Assembly: GCA_046734675.1 (NCBI GenBank)
Contig: JBKPRU010000021.1
Span: forward strand, 1 to 49,424
Length of the DNA stretch: 49,424 nt
Direction: 5' to 3'
From: Acidobacteriota bacterium
Lineage (GTDB): Bacteria; Acidobacteriota; Vicinamibacteria; Vicinamibacterales; 2-12-FULL-66-21
This document shows positions 32,895 through 42,506 of this stretch, in pieces (the first letter of the stretch is position 1; every line of letters begins with the position of its first letter). The translations under genes were made by a program, and so were the position numbers. The notes beneath the pieces are model-generated. The model saw nothing but the letters and a program-made list of their open reading frames with translations, was not told the origin of the DNA and ran no database searches.

Positions 32895-35444
32895 CTACTG
32901 CGGCAGGACCGTGGTGTCCGCCTTCAATTTGCCCGGGGACGCCGCCAGATACTTTCCCGGCGACAGCACAATCTGATCGATCCCGATGCCGTCCTCGCGC
33001 GTCTGGATGCGGATCCGGTGCGTGCCGCTCGTGCTGAACGTGATCTCAGGGCCGAGCACGTTCGCGCCGTAGCCGTTGTCCTGCCAGCCCCAACCCGAGA
33101 CGCCGCAGCCGCTGCAGTCTTCGAGATTCACCACCGTCGAATCGCTGGTGCCGATCCGGTAGGCGGTGGCGCCGGACTCGTCGAGGCTGTCGCTGAACTG
33201 CACGTGCACGGAGTCGTTCGCGTAGTTGTCGCCGCTCGCCTTCCCGCGAATCCAGAGACGATAGGGCCGTCCCGCCGCCGCCTGGAACGTGAGCTCGAAG
33301 TAATCAGCGGGCGACTCGCTCGCGGTCACGATCTTCGGCAGCCCCGCGTTCGCGTTCTGCATGCGCGCGCCTGATGCCGCGGTCGCGTCGCTGACGACCG
33401 ACCACGCGCCGGTGGCGCTTCCGTCCGCGGCATAGAGCACCACGTCGTCGGCGGCGGCGGTCGTCGCACCGCCGCGCGCGGCGAGAATCGTCCCGTCGTT
33501 CTTCGCTGCGCCCGGCGCGCTCGACAGATACTTCGCCGCCGAGAGCACGATCTGATCGATCCCGAGTCCGTCCTCGCGCACCTGCACGCGGACGCGGTGC
33601 ACGCCGCCCGACGCGAACCGCACCGCCGGCCCGCGCACGCCGGCGCCATAGCCGTTGTCCTGCCAACCCCAGCCCGAGACGCCGCAGCCGCTGCAGTCTT
33701 CGAGCGACATCGTCGTCGCGCCGGTGGTACCGATCGTCCAGATCGGCGCGCCGGCTGCGTCGATCGCGTCGCTGAACTGGACGAACACCGAGTCGTTCGC
33801 CCAGGTGTCGGCGGTCGCGCGTCCGCGGATCCACAGGTGATAGTCGGTGCGCGCGTCGGCGGTGAACGACAGCTCGAAATAGTCGGCCGGGCTCGCCGCG
33901 GCGGTGGCGATTTTCGCCGCGCCGGCGTCGGGATTCTGCAGGCGCGCTCCGGACGCGGCGCTCGCATCGGCGACCACCTGCCACCGCCCGATCACGGACG
34001 CGGACGCCGCGTGCAGGACGATCTCCGGCATCGTCACGGTCGGTGCGGAGGCGACCGCGCGCTGGATGTTGAGCCGTCCGCCCGTGACGGTGAATCCCTG
34101 GAGCGACGTGACGCGATCGACGGCGCCGAGCAGGCGCGCCCTGAGCTCGCGGCCGGTGAGCGCGGTCGCGGCGTTGACGAGCGCGGCCGCGCCCGTGACG
34201 TGCGGCACCGCCATCGAAGTGCCGTTGTAATAGGCGTAGCCGTTGCGCGGCGTGGTGCTCAGGATGTCGACGCCGGGCGCGCCGAGATCGACGGTTCTCG
34301 CGCCGAAGTTGGAGAAGTCGGCCAGGCGATCCCATCGATCGGTCGCCGCAACCGTGATCACCGAGTTGTAGCCGACCGCCGAGGTCGTGTCGTAGCTGGC
34401 GGGATAGGACGGCGCCTGGTCGAGATCGTCGCCGAGGCCGTCGGATCCGCCGTTGCCCGCGGCGGCGATGAACAGGATGTCGGCGCGCGCGGCGCGGGCG
34501 ATCGCATCGAGGAGCGCCTGCGAGAAGCCGCCGCCGTTCCACGAGTTGTTGATCGCGACCAGGTTCAGGCCGTGGCGCGTCTTCAAGTCGGTGAGGTAAT
34601 CGACCGCGCGAATCGCATCGGCGGTCGTGCCGTTCGACGCCCCCAGGAACTTCGCCGGAATGATCGTGACGTTCCAGTTGATGCCGGCGACGCCAATCCC
34701 GTTGTTCGCGCGCGCGCCGATCGTGCCGCTCACGTGCGTGCCGTGCGCGTCGATCGACAAATCGGCGCTGCTCCCGTCGTAGACCGTATTGTCGCCGCCG
34801 AGAAAGTCCCAGCCGTGCACGTCGTCGACGTAGCCGTTCAGATCGTTGTCGACGCCGTCGACCGGATCGTAGGGGTTGGTCCAGATCGGCCCGCCCGGTT
34901 GCACGCCGAGGTCTTCGTGGTTGATGTCGATTCCCTGATCGATCACGCCGACGTAGACGTGCGACGATCCGAGCGAGACGTTCCACGCTTCGGGCGCGTC
35001 GACGTCGGCGTCGTTCAGGCCGGCGCTGCCGTCGATCGGCTGCGCGGTGTTGTTGAAACCCCAGAGCTGGTTGAACTTCGGATCGTTCGGCAGCGTCGCC
35101 GGCGTGTAGATCCAGTTCGGCTCCGCGTATTCGACGGATGGATCGCGCGACACTGCCGCAATCGCGTCCGCGACGGCGACGGCAGGGTCGATCGTGAGGA
35201 GCTCGAGGTCGCCCTCGCCCGCGTCGTGCCGCAGGCGGTTGCGCTCGTGCTGCAGGCGCGCCCGGGCGAGGCCGCGCGCCCGCGACTTCTCCCCTTCGCG
35301 TGCACCCGAGCGGTATTTGACGATGAGCTGAGTGGCGGCGAAGCGCGAACCGGCGGGCGCCTGCGCGCGGACGCGCGAGGACCCGGGAGTCATGAACGCC
35401 GCCAGCAGAGTGACACCGATGCTGAAGACGCGAATCGTGCGCAT
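32895..35444 (-). CDS. secreted subtilisin-like serine peptidase (S8) with two tandem C-terminal beta-sandwich-like domains
   Basis: Signal peptide, inhibitor-I9-like propeptide, catalytic D (VGVIDQGID), H (HGTHVSGTIGA) and S (GTSMAVPHVTGAAAL), then two repeats of about 165 aa each containing LEDCSGCGVSGWGWQDNGYG. Confidence 0.88.
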   Translation of the reverse strand: MRTIRVFSIGVTLLAAFMTPGSSRVRAQAPAGSRFAATQLIVKYRSGAREGEKSRARGLARARLQHERNRLRHDAGEGDLELLTIDPAVAVADAIAAVSRDPSVEYAEPNWIYTPATLPNDPKFNQLWGFNNTAQPIDGSAGLNDADVDAPEAWNVSLGSSHVYVGVIDQGIDINHEDLGVQPGGPIWTNPYDPVDGVDNDLNGYVDDVHGWDFLGGDNTVYDGSSADLSIDAHGTHVSGTIGARANNGIGVAGINWNVTIIPAKFLGASNGTTADAIRAVDYLTDLKTRHGLNLVAINNSWNGGGFSQALLDAIARAARADILFIAAAGNGGSDGLGDDLDQAPSYPASYDTTSAVGYNSVITVAATDRWDRLADFSNFGARTVDLGAPGVDILSTTPRNGYAYYNGTSMAVPHVTGAAALVNAATALTGRELRARLLGAVDRVTSLQGFTVTGGRLNIQRAVASAPTVTMPEIVLHAASASVIGRWQVVADASAASGARLQNPDAGAAKIATAAASPADYFELSFTADARTDYHLWIRGRATADTWANDSVFVQFSDAIDAAGAPIWTIGTTGATTMSLEDCSGCGVSGWGWQDNGYGAGVRGPAVRFASGGVHRVRVQVREDGLGIDQIVLSAAKYLSSAPGAAKNDGTILAARGGATTAAADDVVLYAADGSATGAWSVVSDATAASGARMQNANAGLPKIVTASESPADYFELTFQAAAGRPYRLWIRGKASGDNYANDSVHVQFSDSLDESGATAYRIGTSDSTVVNLEDCSGCGVSGWGWQDNGYGANVLGPEITFSTSGTHRIRIQTREDGIGIDQIVLSPGKYLAASPGKLKADTTVLPQ

Positions 35445-35480
35445 ATTGCGGCCGCGCTCGACCGCGGCAGTATCGCTACA

Positions 35481-35511
35481 GAAAGAAAAACCCCGTCCGG
35501 ATGGACGGGGT
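35481..35511 (-). terminator. intrinsic terminator of the alpha operon (after rplQ)
   Basis: Minus strand: ACCCCGTCC-ATCC-GGACGGGGT followed by TTTTTCTTTC. Confidence 0.8.
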
Positions 35512-35620
35512 CTGGTGATCGCGCCGCGTGGCGCGACGCGCGGAACAGTCTGTCAGAGAGTGACGACGGAATGCAAGCTGAGCGCGCCCGCCTTCGCCAC
35601 CGCTCCGGCGCGGCCGGCGG

Positions 35621-36250
35621 TTACGATCCGCCGGCCTTGCGAGGCGTGCTCGTCTTCGCGCCCTTGCCGCGCGTGTCGGCCTTGGCGCCACCCTTCGCAC
35701 GCGGCGTGCGCGTCTTCTTCGGCTCCGTCGCGGCCTCGCCTTCTTCGCCGCCTTCGGCGCGCTTCGCGCGCAGGCGCTCCGCGGCCGCACGCAGCCGTCC
35801 GCCGACGCCCTTCGGCTTCTTCTGGGCCGCAGCTTCGGCCTTTTCTGCTTCCGCGTTCGGGTTGTACTCGCTGCCCACCAGTTCGATGCGCGCGACCTCC
35901 GCGCTGTCGCCGCGGCGGTAGCCAAGCCGCAGGATGCGGGTGTAGCCGCCCGGGCGCGCTTCGAAGCGCGGCGCGATCGTGTCGAACAGCTTCGCGACCA
36001 CGTCGCGGTTGGTGATGTCCTGCAGCACGAGCCGGCGCGCGTGGAGCGAGCGGCCGTTCGCCTCGCCGCCGGCGATGCCGCGCTTGGCGATGGTGATGAT
36101 GCGCTCGACGAACGGCCGGAGCTCCTTCGCCTTCGGCACGGTGGTCTCGATGTGCTCGTAGCGAATCAGCGCTTCCGCCTGGCTACGGAGCATCGCCATG
36201 CGATGCTCCGTGACCCGTCCAAGTTTCCGATGTCCAACTCGATGACGCAT
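35621..36250 (-). CDS. rplQ: 50S ribosomal protein L17 with a Lys/Ala/Glu-rich C-terminal extension of about 83 aa
   Basis: MRHRVGHRKLGRVTEHRMAMLRSQAEALI..., GGYTRILRLGYRRGD. The tail runs ...KKPKGVGGRLRAAAERLRAKRAEGGEEGE...KGGAKADTRGKGAKTSTPRKAGGS. Confidence 0.92.
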   Translation of the reverse strand: MRHRVGHRKLGRVTEHRMAMLRSQAEALIRYEHIETTVPKAKELRPFVERIITIAKRGIAGGEANGRSLHARRLVLQDITNRDVVAKLFDTIAPRFEARPGGYTRILRLGYRRGDSAEVARIELVGSEYNPNAEAEKAEAAAQKKPKGVGGRLRAAAERLRAKRAEGGEEGEAATEPKKTRTPRAKGGAKADTRGKGAKTSTPRKAGGS

Positions 36251-36255
36251 TTCGG

Positions 36256-37242
36256 TTATTCCTGCGATTGCGCGGCGGGCTGATCGAGCCGCATCCCCAG
36301 GCTCAGGCCCATGCCGGACAGGATCTCCTTGATCTCGTTCAGCGACTTGCGCCCGAAGTTCTTCGTCTTCAGCATCTCGCCTTCGGTCTTCTGCACGAGC
36401 TCGCGGATGGTGCGGATGTTCGCGTTCTTCAGGCAGTTGTAGGAGCGGACCGACAGCTCCAGCTCCTCGACGCTCTTGTCGAGATTCTCGTTCGACGCGG
36501 CGCGCGGCGTCTCGCCGGCGATCTCGCCGGTATGCGTCTCGGCGGCGTCCTCGAGATTGATGAAGATGTTCAGGTGATCGCGAATCAGCTTCGCCGACAG
36601 CGAGATCGCATCGCGCGGTGTGACGGAGCCGTTGGTCCAGACGTCGACGGTGAGCTTGTCGTAGTCGGTGGCCTGTCCGATACGGGCGGCCTCGACCAGG
36701 TAGTTGACCTTCTTGATCGGCGAGTGGACCGAGTCGACCGGGATCCAGCCGATGCCGAGATCCTCGTCGAAGTTCTTGTCGGCCGAGACGTAGCCGCGGC
36801 CGCGCTTCACGCGCAGCTCCATGTGCAGCTTGCCCCCTTCGGCGACGGTCGCGATGTGGGCGTCCGGCTCGAGGATCTCGATGTCGGCGTCCCCCTCGAT
36901 GTCGCGCGCGCGCACTTCGCCGGCCTTGTCGACGCGGAGGTACAGCGTCTTGGTCGTGTCGACGTGCATTTTCAGGGGAATCTGCTTCAGGTTCAGGATG
37001 ATGTCGGTCGCGTCCTCGACGACCCCGGGGATGGGCGAGAACTCGTGCAGCACGCCATCGATCTTCACCGCCGTCACCGCCGCGCCCTCGATCGACGAGA
37101 GCAGCACGCGGCGCAGCGCGTTGCCAACCGTGGTGCCGAAGCCGCGCTCGAACGGCTGCGCGTAAAACCGACCGAACCGATCCGTCAGCGTCTCACGCTC
37201 GAACTCGAGCCGCTTGGGACGCTGAAATCCTTTCCACAACAT
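36256..37242 (-). CDS. rpoA: DNA-directed RNA polymerase subunit alpha
   Basis: [55 protein letters not shown]..., C-terminal domain ...[19 protein letters not shown]. Confidence 0.93.
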   Translation of the reverse strand: MLWKGFQRPKRLEFERETLTDRFGRFYAQPFERGFGTTVGNALRRVLLSSIEGAAVTAVKIDGVLHEFSPIPGVVEDATDIILNLKQIPLKMHVDTTKTLYLRVDKAGEVRARDIEGDADIEILEPDAHIATVAEGGKLHMELRVKRGRGYVSADKNFDEDLGIGWIPVDSVHSPIKKVNYLVEAARIGQATDYDKLTVDVWTNGSVTPRDAISLSAKLIRDHLNIFINLEDAAETHTGEIAGETPRAASNENLDKSVEELELSVRSYNCLKNANIRTIRELVQKTEGEMLKTKNFGRKSLNEIKEILSGMGLSLGMRLDQPAAQSQE

Positions 37243-37287
37243 GTGCCCTTGCTTCCTTTCTATCGGACGGTCGGGGTTGAACGTCCG

Positions 37288-37329
37288 CCGGATCTGCGTT
37301 GAGCCCCCTGCCTCCCACCGCAGATCCGG
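37288..37329. repeat. perfect 11-bp inverted repeat CCGGATCTGCG-N20-CGCAGATCCGG in the rpsD-rpoA spacer
   Basis: Read directly from the sequence. A second stem, GGACG-N12-CGTCC, lies at 37265-37286. Confidence 0.8.
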
Positions 37330-37350
37330 GAAGGCTGCGGGCAAGGGGCG

Positions 37351-37419
37351 AAGCTGCCAGCTCCAGCTGCCAGCTCCCAGCGAAGACGCTGGAGGCGGGT
37401 AGCTGGCGGCTGCCAGCTT
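37351..37419. repeat. Family C simple-repeat hairpin, copy C1
   Basis: AAGCTGCCAGCTCCAGCTGCCAGCTCCCAGCG-AAGA-CGCTGGAGGCGGGTAGCTGGCGGCTGCCAGCTT. It overlaps the rpsD stop. Confidence 0.85.
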
Positions 37420-38047
37420 ATTTCGAATACAACTCGACGATCAGCTGCTCCTGCACCGGCAGGTTGATCTGCTCGCGGGTCGGGAGCGATGCGATGCGGC
37501 CGCTCAGCGTGCCGGCGTCGAACGACAGCCACTCGGGGATGCCGCGTCCCTTCACTTCCTCCATCGCGTGCTGGATGGACGGGTTCTGCGCGCTCGTGCC
37601 GCGCACCGCGATCACGTCGCCCGCCTTCACCGAGTAGGACGGGATGTCGACCTTGCGGCCGTTCACCGAGAAGTGTCCGTGGCGCACAAACTGCCGCGCC
37701 TGCGGACGCGAGGTCGCGAGCCCGAGCCGGTACACGACGTTATCGAGCCGCCGCTCGAGCAGCTGCAGCAGCGTCTCGCCGGTGATGCCGCGCGTGCGCT
37801 CCGCCGTCTCGAAGTAGCGGCGGAACTGGTTCTCGAGCACGCCGTAGATGCGCTTCACCTTCTGCTTCTCGCGCAGCTGCAGGCCGTAGCCGACCAGCTT
37901 CGCCTTGCGCAGCTTGCCGTGCTGCCCGGGCGGCAGGTTGCGCTTCTCGATCGCGCACTTCTCGGTATAGCAGCGTTCCCCCTTGAGGAACAGCTTCATG
38001 CCTTCACGGCGGCACAGCCGACACACAGGTCCGATGTAACGTGCCAT
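37418..38047 (-). CDS. rpsD: 30S ribosomal protein S4
   Basis: [36 protein letters not shown]... Confidence 0.93.
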   Translation of the reverse strand: MARYIGPVCRLCRREGMKLFLKGERCYTEKCAIEKRNLPPGQHGKLRKAKLVGYGLQLREKQKVKRIYGVLENQFRRYFETAERTRGITGETLLQLLERRLDNVVYRLGLATSRPQARQFVRHGHFSVNGRKVDIPSYSVKAGDVIAVRGTSAQNPSIQHAMEEVKGRGIPEWLSFDAGTLSGRIASLPTREQINLPVQEQLIVELYSK

Positions 38048-38063
38048 TCTTTGCCCTCTAACG

Positions 38064-38197
38064 CTTGTCAATTCCGAATGCCAAATGCCGCCACCAAGAA
38101 CGCGTCAATGACGAGGTGCTCCGTTGCCGAACACCACCGGTCACGACGCCTTGGTCATTGGCATGTGTCATTCGGCATTCGGCATTCGGCATTGACG
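38064..38197. repeat. Family D hairpin, second locus (rpsK-rpsD spacer)
   Basis: Left arm CTTGTCAATTCCGAATGCCAAATGCC. Right arm GGCATGTGTCA(TTCGGCA)x3TTGACG. Inner stems ACCAAG...CTTGGT and GCGTC...GACGC. Confidence 0.85.
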
Positions 38198-38210
38198 CCC
38201 GCCGCGCTCG

Positions 38211-38675
38211 TTACACGCGCCGGCGCTTCGGCGGCCGGCAGCCGTTGTGGGGGATCGGCGTGACGTCGCGGATCGACTTCACGTCGAGGCCAATCGTCTG
38301 CAGCGCGCGGATCGCCGACTCACGCCCGGCGCCCGGCCCCTTGACGCGCACTTCGAGCGTGCGCATGCCGAAGCCCTTCGCGGCGTTGCCCGCGGCGATC
38401 GCCGCCTGCGTCGCGGCGAACGGCGTGCCCTTGCGCGATCCCTTGAAGCCGATGCCGCCGGCGCTCGACCACGCGACGACGTTGCCTTCGGGGTCGGTGA
38501 TCGTCACGGTCGTGTTGTTGAACGACGCGTGGATGTGCGCGAGGCCGTGATGGATGACGCGCTTCTCGCCGCGCTTCTTGAACGTCTTCTTCTTCGCCGG
38601 GCGTCCGGCGGGCTTTTTCCCCGCGCCTTCAGAGCCAGGCGCGGCAGTCGGATCGACGGGTTGATTCTTAGCCAT
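38211..38675 (-). CDS. rpsK: 30S ribosomal protein S11 (with a Lys/Pro/Ala-rich N-terminal extension)
   Basis: ...[45 protein letters not shown]...[13 protein letters not shown]. Confidence 0.93.
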   Translation of the reverse strand: MAKNQPVDPTAAPGSEGAGKKPAGRPAKKKTFKKRGEKRVIHHGLAHIHASFNNTTVTITDPEGNVVAWSSAGGIGFKGSRKGTPFAATQAAIAAGNAAKGFGMRTLEVRVKGPGAGRESAIRALQTIGLDVKSIRDVTPIPHNGCRPPKRRRV

Positions 38676-38683
38676 AGATGCTT

Positions 38684-38733
38684 GTCAGCTACCAGCTACC
38701 AGCTACCAGCTACCCGCTGGTGGCTGGCGGCTA
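38684..38733. repeat. Family C hairpin, copy C2
   Basis: GTCAG(CTACCAG)x3CTACC-CGC-TGGTGGCTGGCGGCTAC. Confidence 0.88.
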
Positions 38734-39105
38734 CACAGTCTTCTTCTTCGCCACTGCGCCCTTGCGCGGGCCCTTGCGCGTGCGCGCGTTGGTGCGGGTC
38801 CGCTGGCCGCGCACCGGAAGGTTCCGGCGGTGCCGCATCCCGCGCCAGCTGCCGATTTCCATCAGCCGCTTGATGTTCATCGAGACTTCCTTGCGGAGGT
38901 CTCCTTCGACGCGTCCCTGCTCTTCGATGACGCGGCTGATCTTCCGGACGTCGTCTTCGGAGAGATCCTTGACGCGGATGTCGGCGCTCACGCCGGCCGC
39001 GGTCAGGATGTCGTTCGAGCGCTTCCGGCCGATCCCGTAGATGTAGGTGAGGCCGACTTCGACCCGCTTCGTGCGCGGAAGGTCGACACCAGCAATGCGT
39101 GCCAT
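38731..39105 (-). CDS. rpsM: 30S ribosomal protein S13
   Basis: [30 protein letters not shown]... Confidence 0.93.
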   Translation of the reverse strand: MARIAGVDLPRTKRVEVGLTYIYGIGRKRSNDILTAAGVSADIRVKDLSEDDVRKISRVIEEQGRVEGDLRKEVSMNIKRLMEIGSWRGMRHRRNLPVRGQRTRTNARTRKGPRKGAVAKKKTV

Positions 39106-39107
39106 AA

Positions 39108-39187
39108 CTCAGCTCCCAGCTCCCAGCCTCCAGCTACCAGCGTCAGCGACCAGCTCAGTGCTGGTGGCTGGTGGCTGGCGGCTGACC
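39108..39187. repeat. Family C hairpin, copy C3
   Basis: CTCAGCTCCCAGCTCCCAGCCTCCAGCTACCAGCG...GTGCTGGTGGCTGGTGGCTGGCGGCTGAC. Confidence 0.88.
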
Positions 39188-39193
39188 GCCGTT

Positions 39194-39307
39194 TTATCCC
39201 TGCCTCTGCTTGTGCTTCTGGTTCGTGCAGATCACGCGCACCACACCGCGGCGGCGAATGATCTTGCACTTGTCGCAAATCCGTTTGACCGACGCTCGTA
39301 CCTTCAT
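39194..39307 (-). CDS. rpmJ: 50S ribosomal protein L36
   Basis: Not in the ORF track. My translation gives [37 protein letters not shown]. Its ATG overlaps the infA stop (ATGA). Confidence 0.9.
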   Translation of the reverse strand: MKVRASVKRICDKCKIIRRRGVVRVICTNQKHKQRQG

Positions 39308-39516
39308 AATTTTTGGACTATCCTTCCGCGGGTCAGGTCCCGCGGACTCAGCTCGAGCCGCACCCGATCCCCGACCAGCACGCGGATGAAGTTCTTTCCC
39401 GGTCCGCTCGGCGCGTGCGCCGTGACCTGCCGCGGCCCGTCAATCTCGACGCGATACTGCGCATACGGCAGCGACTCGCGGACGATGCCGTTGACGGAAA
39501 TCGCGCGTGTCATCAT
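39304..39516 (-). CDS. infA: translation initiation factor IF-1
   Basis: ...[63 protein letters not shown] (S1-like fold pattern), at the canonical position between map and rpmJ. Confidence 0.85.
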   Translation of the reverse strand: MMTRAISVNGIVRESLPYAQYRVEIDGPRQVTAHAPSGPGKNFIRVLVGDRVRLELSPRDLTRGRIVQKL

Positions 39517-39626
39517 TTATTAATGCGCGTGGGGCCTCACCCCCACGCGCTCGACGCGCTTCCCGCGACGCCCTTTGGGCTTGCCGCCAGTTCGCGGCGG
39601 CCTGCCGATCTCATTCGGCATCGAGC
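39517..39626 (-). repeat. Family A element, copy A5
   Basis: Core hairpin at 39525-39550, only 8 nt from the infA ATG. GCCGCC-AGTTCGC-GGCGGC at 39583-39601. Confidence 0.9.
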
Positions 39627-40388
39627 TTATCCGACCGGCGTCGGCCGGAGCGTCATGATGAGCGGCCCCTGCTTCGTCACCGCGACCGTGTGCTCGAAGT
39701 GCGCTGACAGGCTTCCGTCGCGCGTGACCGCCGTCCAGCCGTCCGCCAGCACCTTCACCGACGCCTTGCCCATGTTCACCATCGGCTCGATCGCCAGCGT
39801 CATCCCTTCGGCGAGGCGCGGGCCGCGGCCCGGTTCGCCGTAATTGGCGATCTGCGGTTCCTCGTGCAGCGACGCGCCGATGCCGTGCCCCACGAACTCG
39901 CGCACGACCGTGAAGCCGTTGGCTTCGACGTGCTTCTGGATCGCGTGGCCGATGTCCGAGATCCGCGCGCCGATCCGCACCTGCGCGATGCCCTGCTCGA
40001 GCGCTTCCTCGGTGACGCGAAGCAGCCGCTTCACCTCGTCGCTGACCACGCCCACCGCCACCGTGATCGCCGAGTCGCCGTAGAACCCGTCCAGCTTCAC
40101 GCCCATGTCCAGCGACACGATGTCGCCAGACGCCAGCGGACGCTTGTTCGGGATCCCGTGCACCACCTGCTCGTTCACCGACGCACACAGCGTCGCCGGG
40201 TAGCCGCGGTAGCCCTTGAACGCCGGCTCCGCGCCGCCGGCACGCACGCTCTTTTCGGCCGCCGCGTCGAGATCCAGCGTGCTCACGCCGGGCGCCACCA
40301 TCGCGGCAAGCTCGCCCAGCACCTGCGCGACGAGCGCGTTGGCCGCGCGCATCTTCTCGATCTCCGCCGGCGATTTGCAGACGATCAC
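39627..40388 (-). CDS. map: type I methionine aminopeptidase
   Basis: VIVCKSPAEIEKMRAANALVAQVL..., GHGIGASLHEEPQIANYG, ...LSAHFEHTVAVT. The GTG start overlaps the adk stop (GTGA). Confidence 0.92.
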   Translation of the reverse strand: MIVCKSPAEIEKMRAANALVAQVLGELAAMVAPGVSTLDLDAAAEKSVRAGGAEPAFKGYRGYPATLCASVNEQVVHGIPNKRPLASGDIVSLDMGVKLDGFYGDSAITVAVGVVSDEVKRLLRVTEEALEQGIAQVRIGARISDIGHAIQKHVEANGFTVVREFVGHGIGASLHEEPQIANYGEPGRGPRLAEGMTLAIEPMVNMGKASVKVLADGWTAVTRDGSLSAHFEHTVAVTKQGPLIMTLRPTPVG

Positions 40389-41062
40389 AGCCGCACTCCC
40401 TGGATGACCGTCGATGCCTCGCAGATCGCCTTGTCGAGCACCGTCGTCACCACGTCGGGCGGCTGGTTGCCGTCGATCGTCTTGAACGTCGGCCGCCCCT
40501 GGTAATAGTCGACGAGCGGCTTGGTCTGGCGGTGATACACCTTCAGGCGCTCGCGGACGATCCCGTCGTTGTCGTCGCTGCGCTGCACCAGCCCGCCGCC
40601 GCACTTGCCGCAGTTGGTGGTCCAGTCGACCGGCGCCGTCGATCCGCAGTCTTCGCAGATCCGGCGCGCCGCGAGCCGGCGGACGAGCACGTCTTCCGGC
40701 ACCACGATGTCGACGACCACCAGCGAGCCGCGGCCCGCCATGATCTCGTCGAGCGAGCGGGCCTGCACGACCGTGCGCGGGAAGCCGTCGAGCACGTACC
40801 CCTTCCCGGCATCCGGCCGCGCCAGCCGCTCCGACACGATCCCGATCATCACGTCGTCGCCGACGAGCTCGCCGCGGTCCATGGTCGCGCGGGCCAGCCG
40901 TCCGAGCTCGGTGTCCTCGTGCACCGCTTCGCGCAGGATGTCTCCCGTCGAGATCTTGGGGAGCTGATGCCGCTGTGCAAAGCGCTCTGCCTGGGTGCCT
41001 TTGCCAGCCCCGGGGGGGCCGAGCATCACCACATTCAGCGCGACTCCCTCACGCCGGGCCAC
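40385..41062 (-). CDS. adk: adenylate kinase (long lid with a Cys4 zinc motif)
   Basis: ...VVMLGPPGAGKGTQAERFA..., lid CEDCGSTAP...CGKCGG. The true start may be a few codons inside the GTG at 41062. Confidence 0.9.
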   Translation of the reverse strand: MARREGVALNVVMLGPPGAGKGTQAERFAQRHQLPKISTGDILREAVHEDTELGRLARATMDRGELVGDDVMIGIVSERLARPDAGKGYVLDGFPRTVVQARSLDEIMAGRGSLVVVDIVVPEDVLVRRLAARRICEDCGSTAPVDWTTNCGKCGGGLVQRSDDNDGIVRERLKVYHRQTKPLVDYYQGRPTFKTIDGNQPPDVVTTVLDKAICEASTVIQGVRL

Positions 41063-42457
41063 CTATTGCCCCCGCCGTCCACGGATCCGGGTCTTCTTCA
41101 TGAACCCGTCGTAGTGGCGCATGATCAGCTGCGATTCGACCTGCTGAACCGTATCCATGGCCACGCCGACGATGATGAGCAGCGACGTCCCGCCGAAGTA
41201 GAACTGGACGTTCATGCCCTGGGTGACGAACTGCGGCAGGAACGCGTCCAGCCGTTCGCCAATCACCGGGATTGGCGCAACCTTGAAGCCGCTGATCAGG
41301 AACTCCGGCAGCAGCGCGACGCACGCCAGGTAGATCGCGCCGACCAGCGTGATGCGCGTGAGGATCGTGTCGATGTACTCCGCGGTCCGCTTGCCCGGCC
41401 GGATGCCCGGGATGAAGCCGCCGTACTTCCGCATGTTCTCGGCGACGTCATCCGGGTTGAAGATGATCGCCGTGTAGAAGTAGCAGAAGAAGATGATGCC
41501 GGCCAGGTAGAGCAGGTTGTAGAGCGGCATCCCGTAGCCGATCTGGTCGATCGCCCGCTGCACGAACGAGCCCTCGCTCACCATCCCGCGCATCGTGATC
41601 GGAAATGCCAGGATCGACGAGGCGAAGATGACGGGGATGACGCCGCCGGTGTTCACCTTCAACGGAATGTGCGTGCTCGAGCCGCCATACATCCGGCGCC
41701 CGACCACGCGCTTCGCGTACTGCACGGTCACGCGCCGGTGGCCGCGCTCGACGAACACGATGGCCGCGACCACGAGCACCATCAGCACGATCAGGAGCAA
41801 CAGGCGGAACAGGCCCATCTGCCCGGTGCGCAGCTGCTCGAGCGTCGTCAGCACCGCGTGCGGGAAGTTGACGACGATCCCCGCGTAGATGATGAGCGAC
41901 ATGCCGTTGCCGATGCCGCGCTCGGTGATCTGCTCGCCCAGCCACATGATGAACGTGGTGCCGCTCGTGAGCGTCAGGACCGTCATCAGCCGGAAGGGCC
42001 AGCCGGTGTGATACACCAGCGGCAGCCCGCCCGCGATGTTGGTCTGGTGCTCCAGATAGATCGCGATCCCGAGCGACTGCACGACGCTCAGGACGATCGT
42101 TCCGTAGCGCGTGTACTGCGTGATCTTGCGGCGCCCCAGCTCCCCTTCCTTCGAGAGCCGCTCGAGGTACGGCCACACGACCGTCAGGAGCTGCAGGATG
42201 ATCGACGCGCTGATATACGGCATGATGCCGAGCGCGAAGATCGTCATCTGCGACAGGTTCTTCCCCGAGAACATGTCGTAGAGGCCGAACATCGTGTTCT
42301 TCGCCTGATCGGCGAGCAGGGCCAGCGCTTCGGGATTGACCCCGGGCGTCGGGATGTGGCTGCCGATGCGATACACGGCGAGCAAGCCGAGCGTGAAGAG
42401 CACGCGCTTGCGCAGGTCCGCCACCGCGAAGATGTTTTTCAGGCTGTCAGCGAGCAT
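41063..42457 (-). CDS. secY: preprotein translocase subunit SecY
   Basis: MLADSLKNIFAVADLRKRVLFTLGLLAVYRIGSHIPTPGVN... ATG 42457. The track ORF extension to 42637 is not protein-like. Confidence 0.93.
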   Translation of the reverse strand: MLADSLKNIFAVADLRKRVLFTLGLLAVYRIGSHIPTPGVNPEALALLADQAKNTMFGLYDMFSGKNLSQMTIFALGIMPYISASIILQLLTVVWPYLERLSKEGELGRRKITQYTRYGTIVLSVVQSLGIAIYLEHQTNIAGGLPLVYHTGWPFRLMTVLTLTSGTTFIMWLGEQITERGIGNGMSLIIYAGIVVNFPHAVLTTLEQLRTGQMGLFRLLLLIVLMVLVVAAIVFVERGHRRVTVQYAKRVVGRRMYGGSSTHIPLKVNTGGVIPVIFASSILAFPITMRGMVSEGSFVQRAIDQIGYGMPLYNLLYLAGIIFFCYFYTAIIFNPDDVAENMRKYGGFIPGIRPGKRTAEYIDTILTRITLVGAIYLACVALLPEFLISGFKVAPIPVIGERLDAFLPQFVTQGMNVQFYFGGTSLLIIVGVAMDTVQQVESQLIMRHYDGFMKKTRIRGRRGQ

Positions 42458-42468
42458 GTGTTTGCCCC

Positions 42469-42492
42469 GGCGGGTCTCAAGACCCGCCCTAC
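42469..42492. repeat. Family B REP unit (rplO-secY spacer)
   Basis: GGCGGGTCTCAAGACCCGCCCTAC. Confidence 0.88.
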
Positions 42493-42506
42493 ACGAAAAC
42501 CGGACC

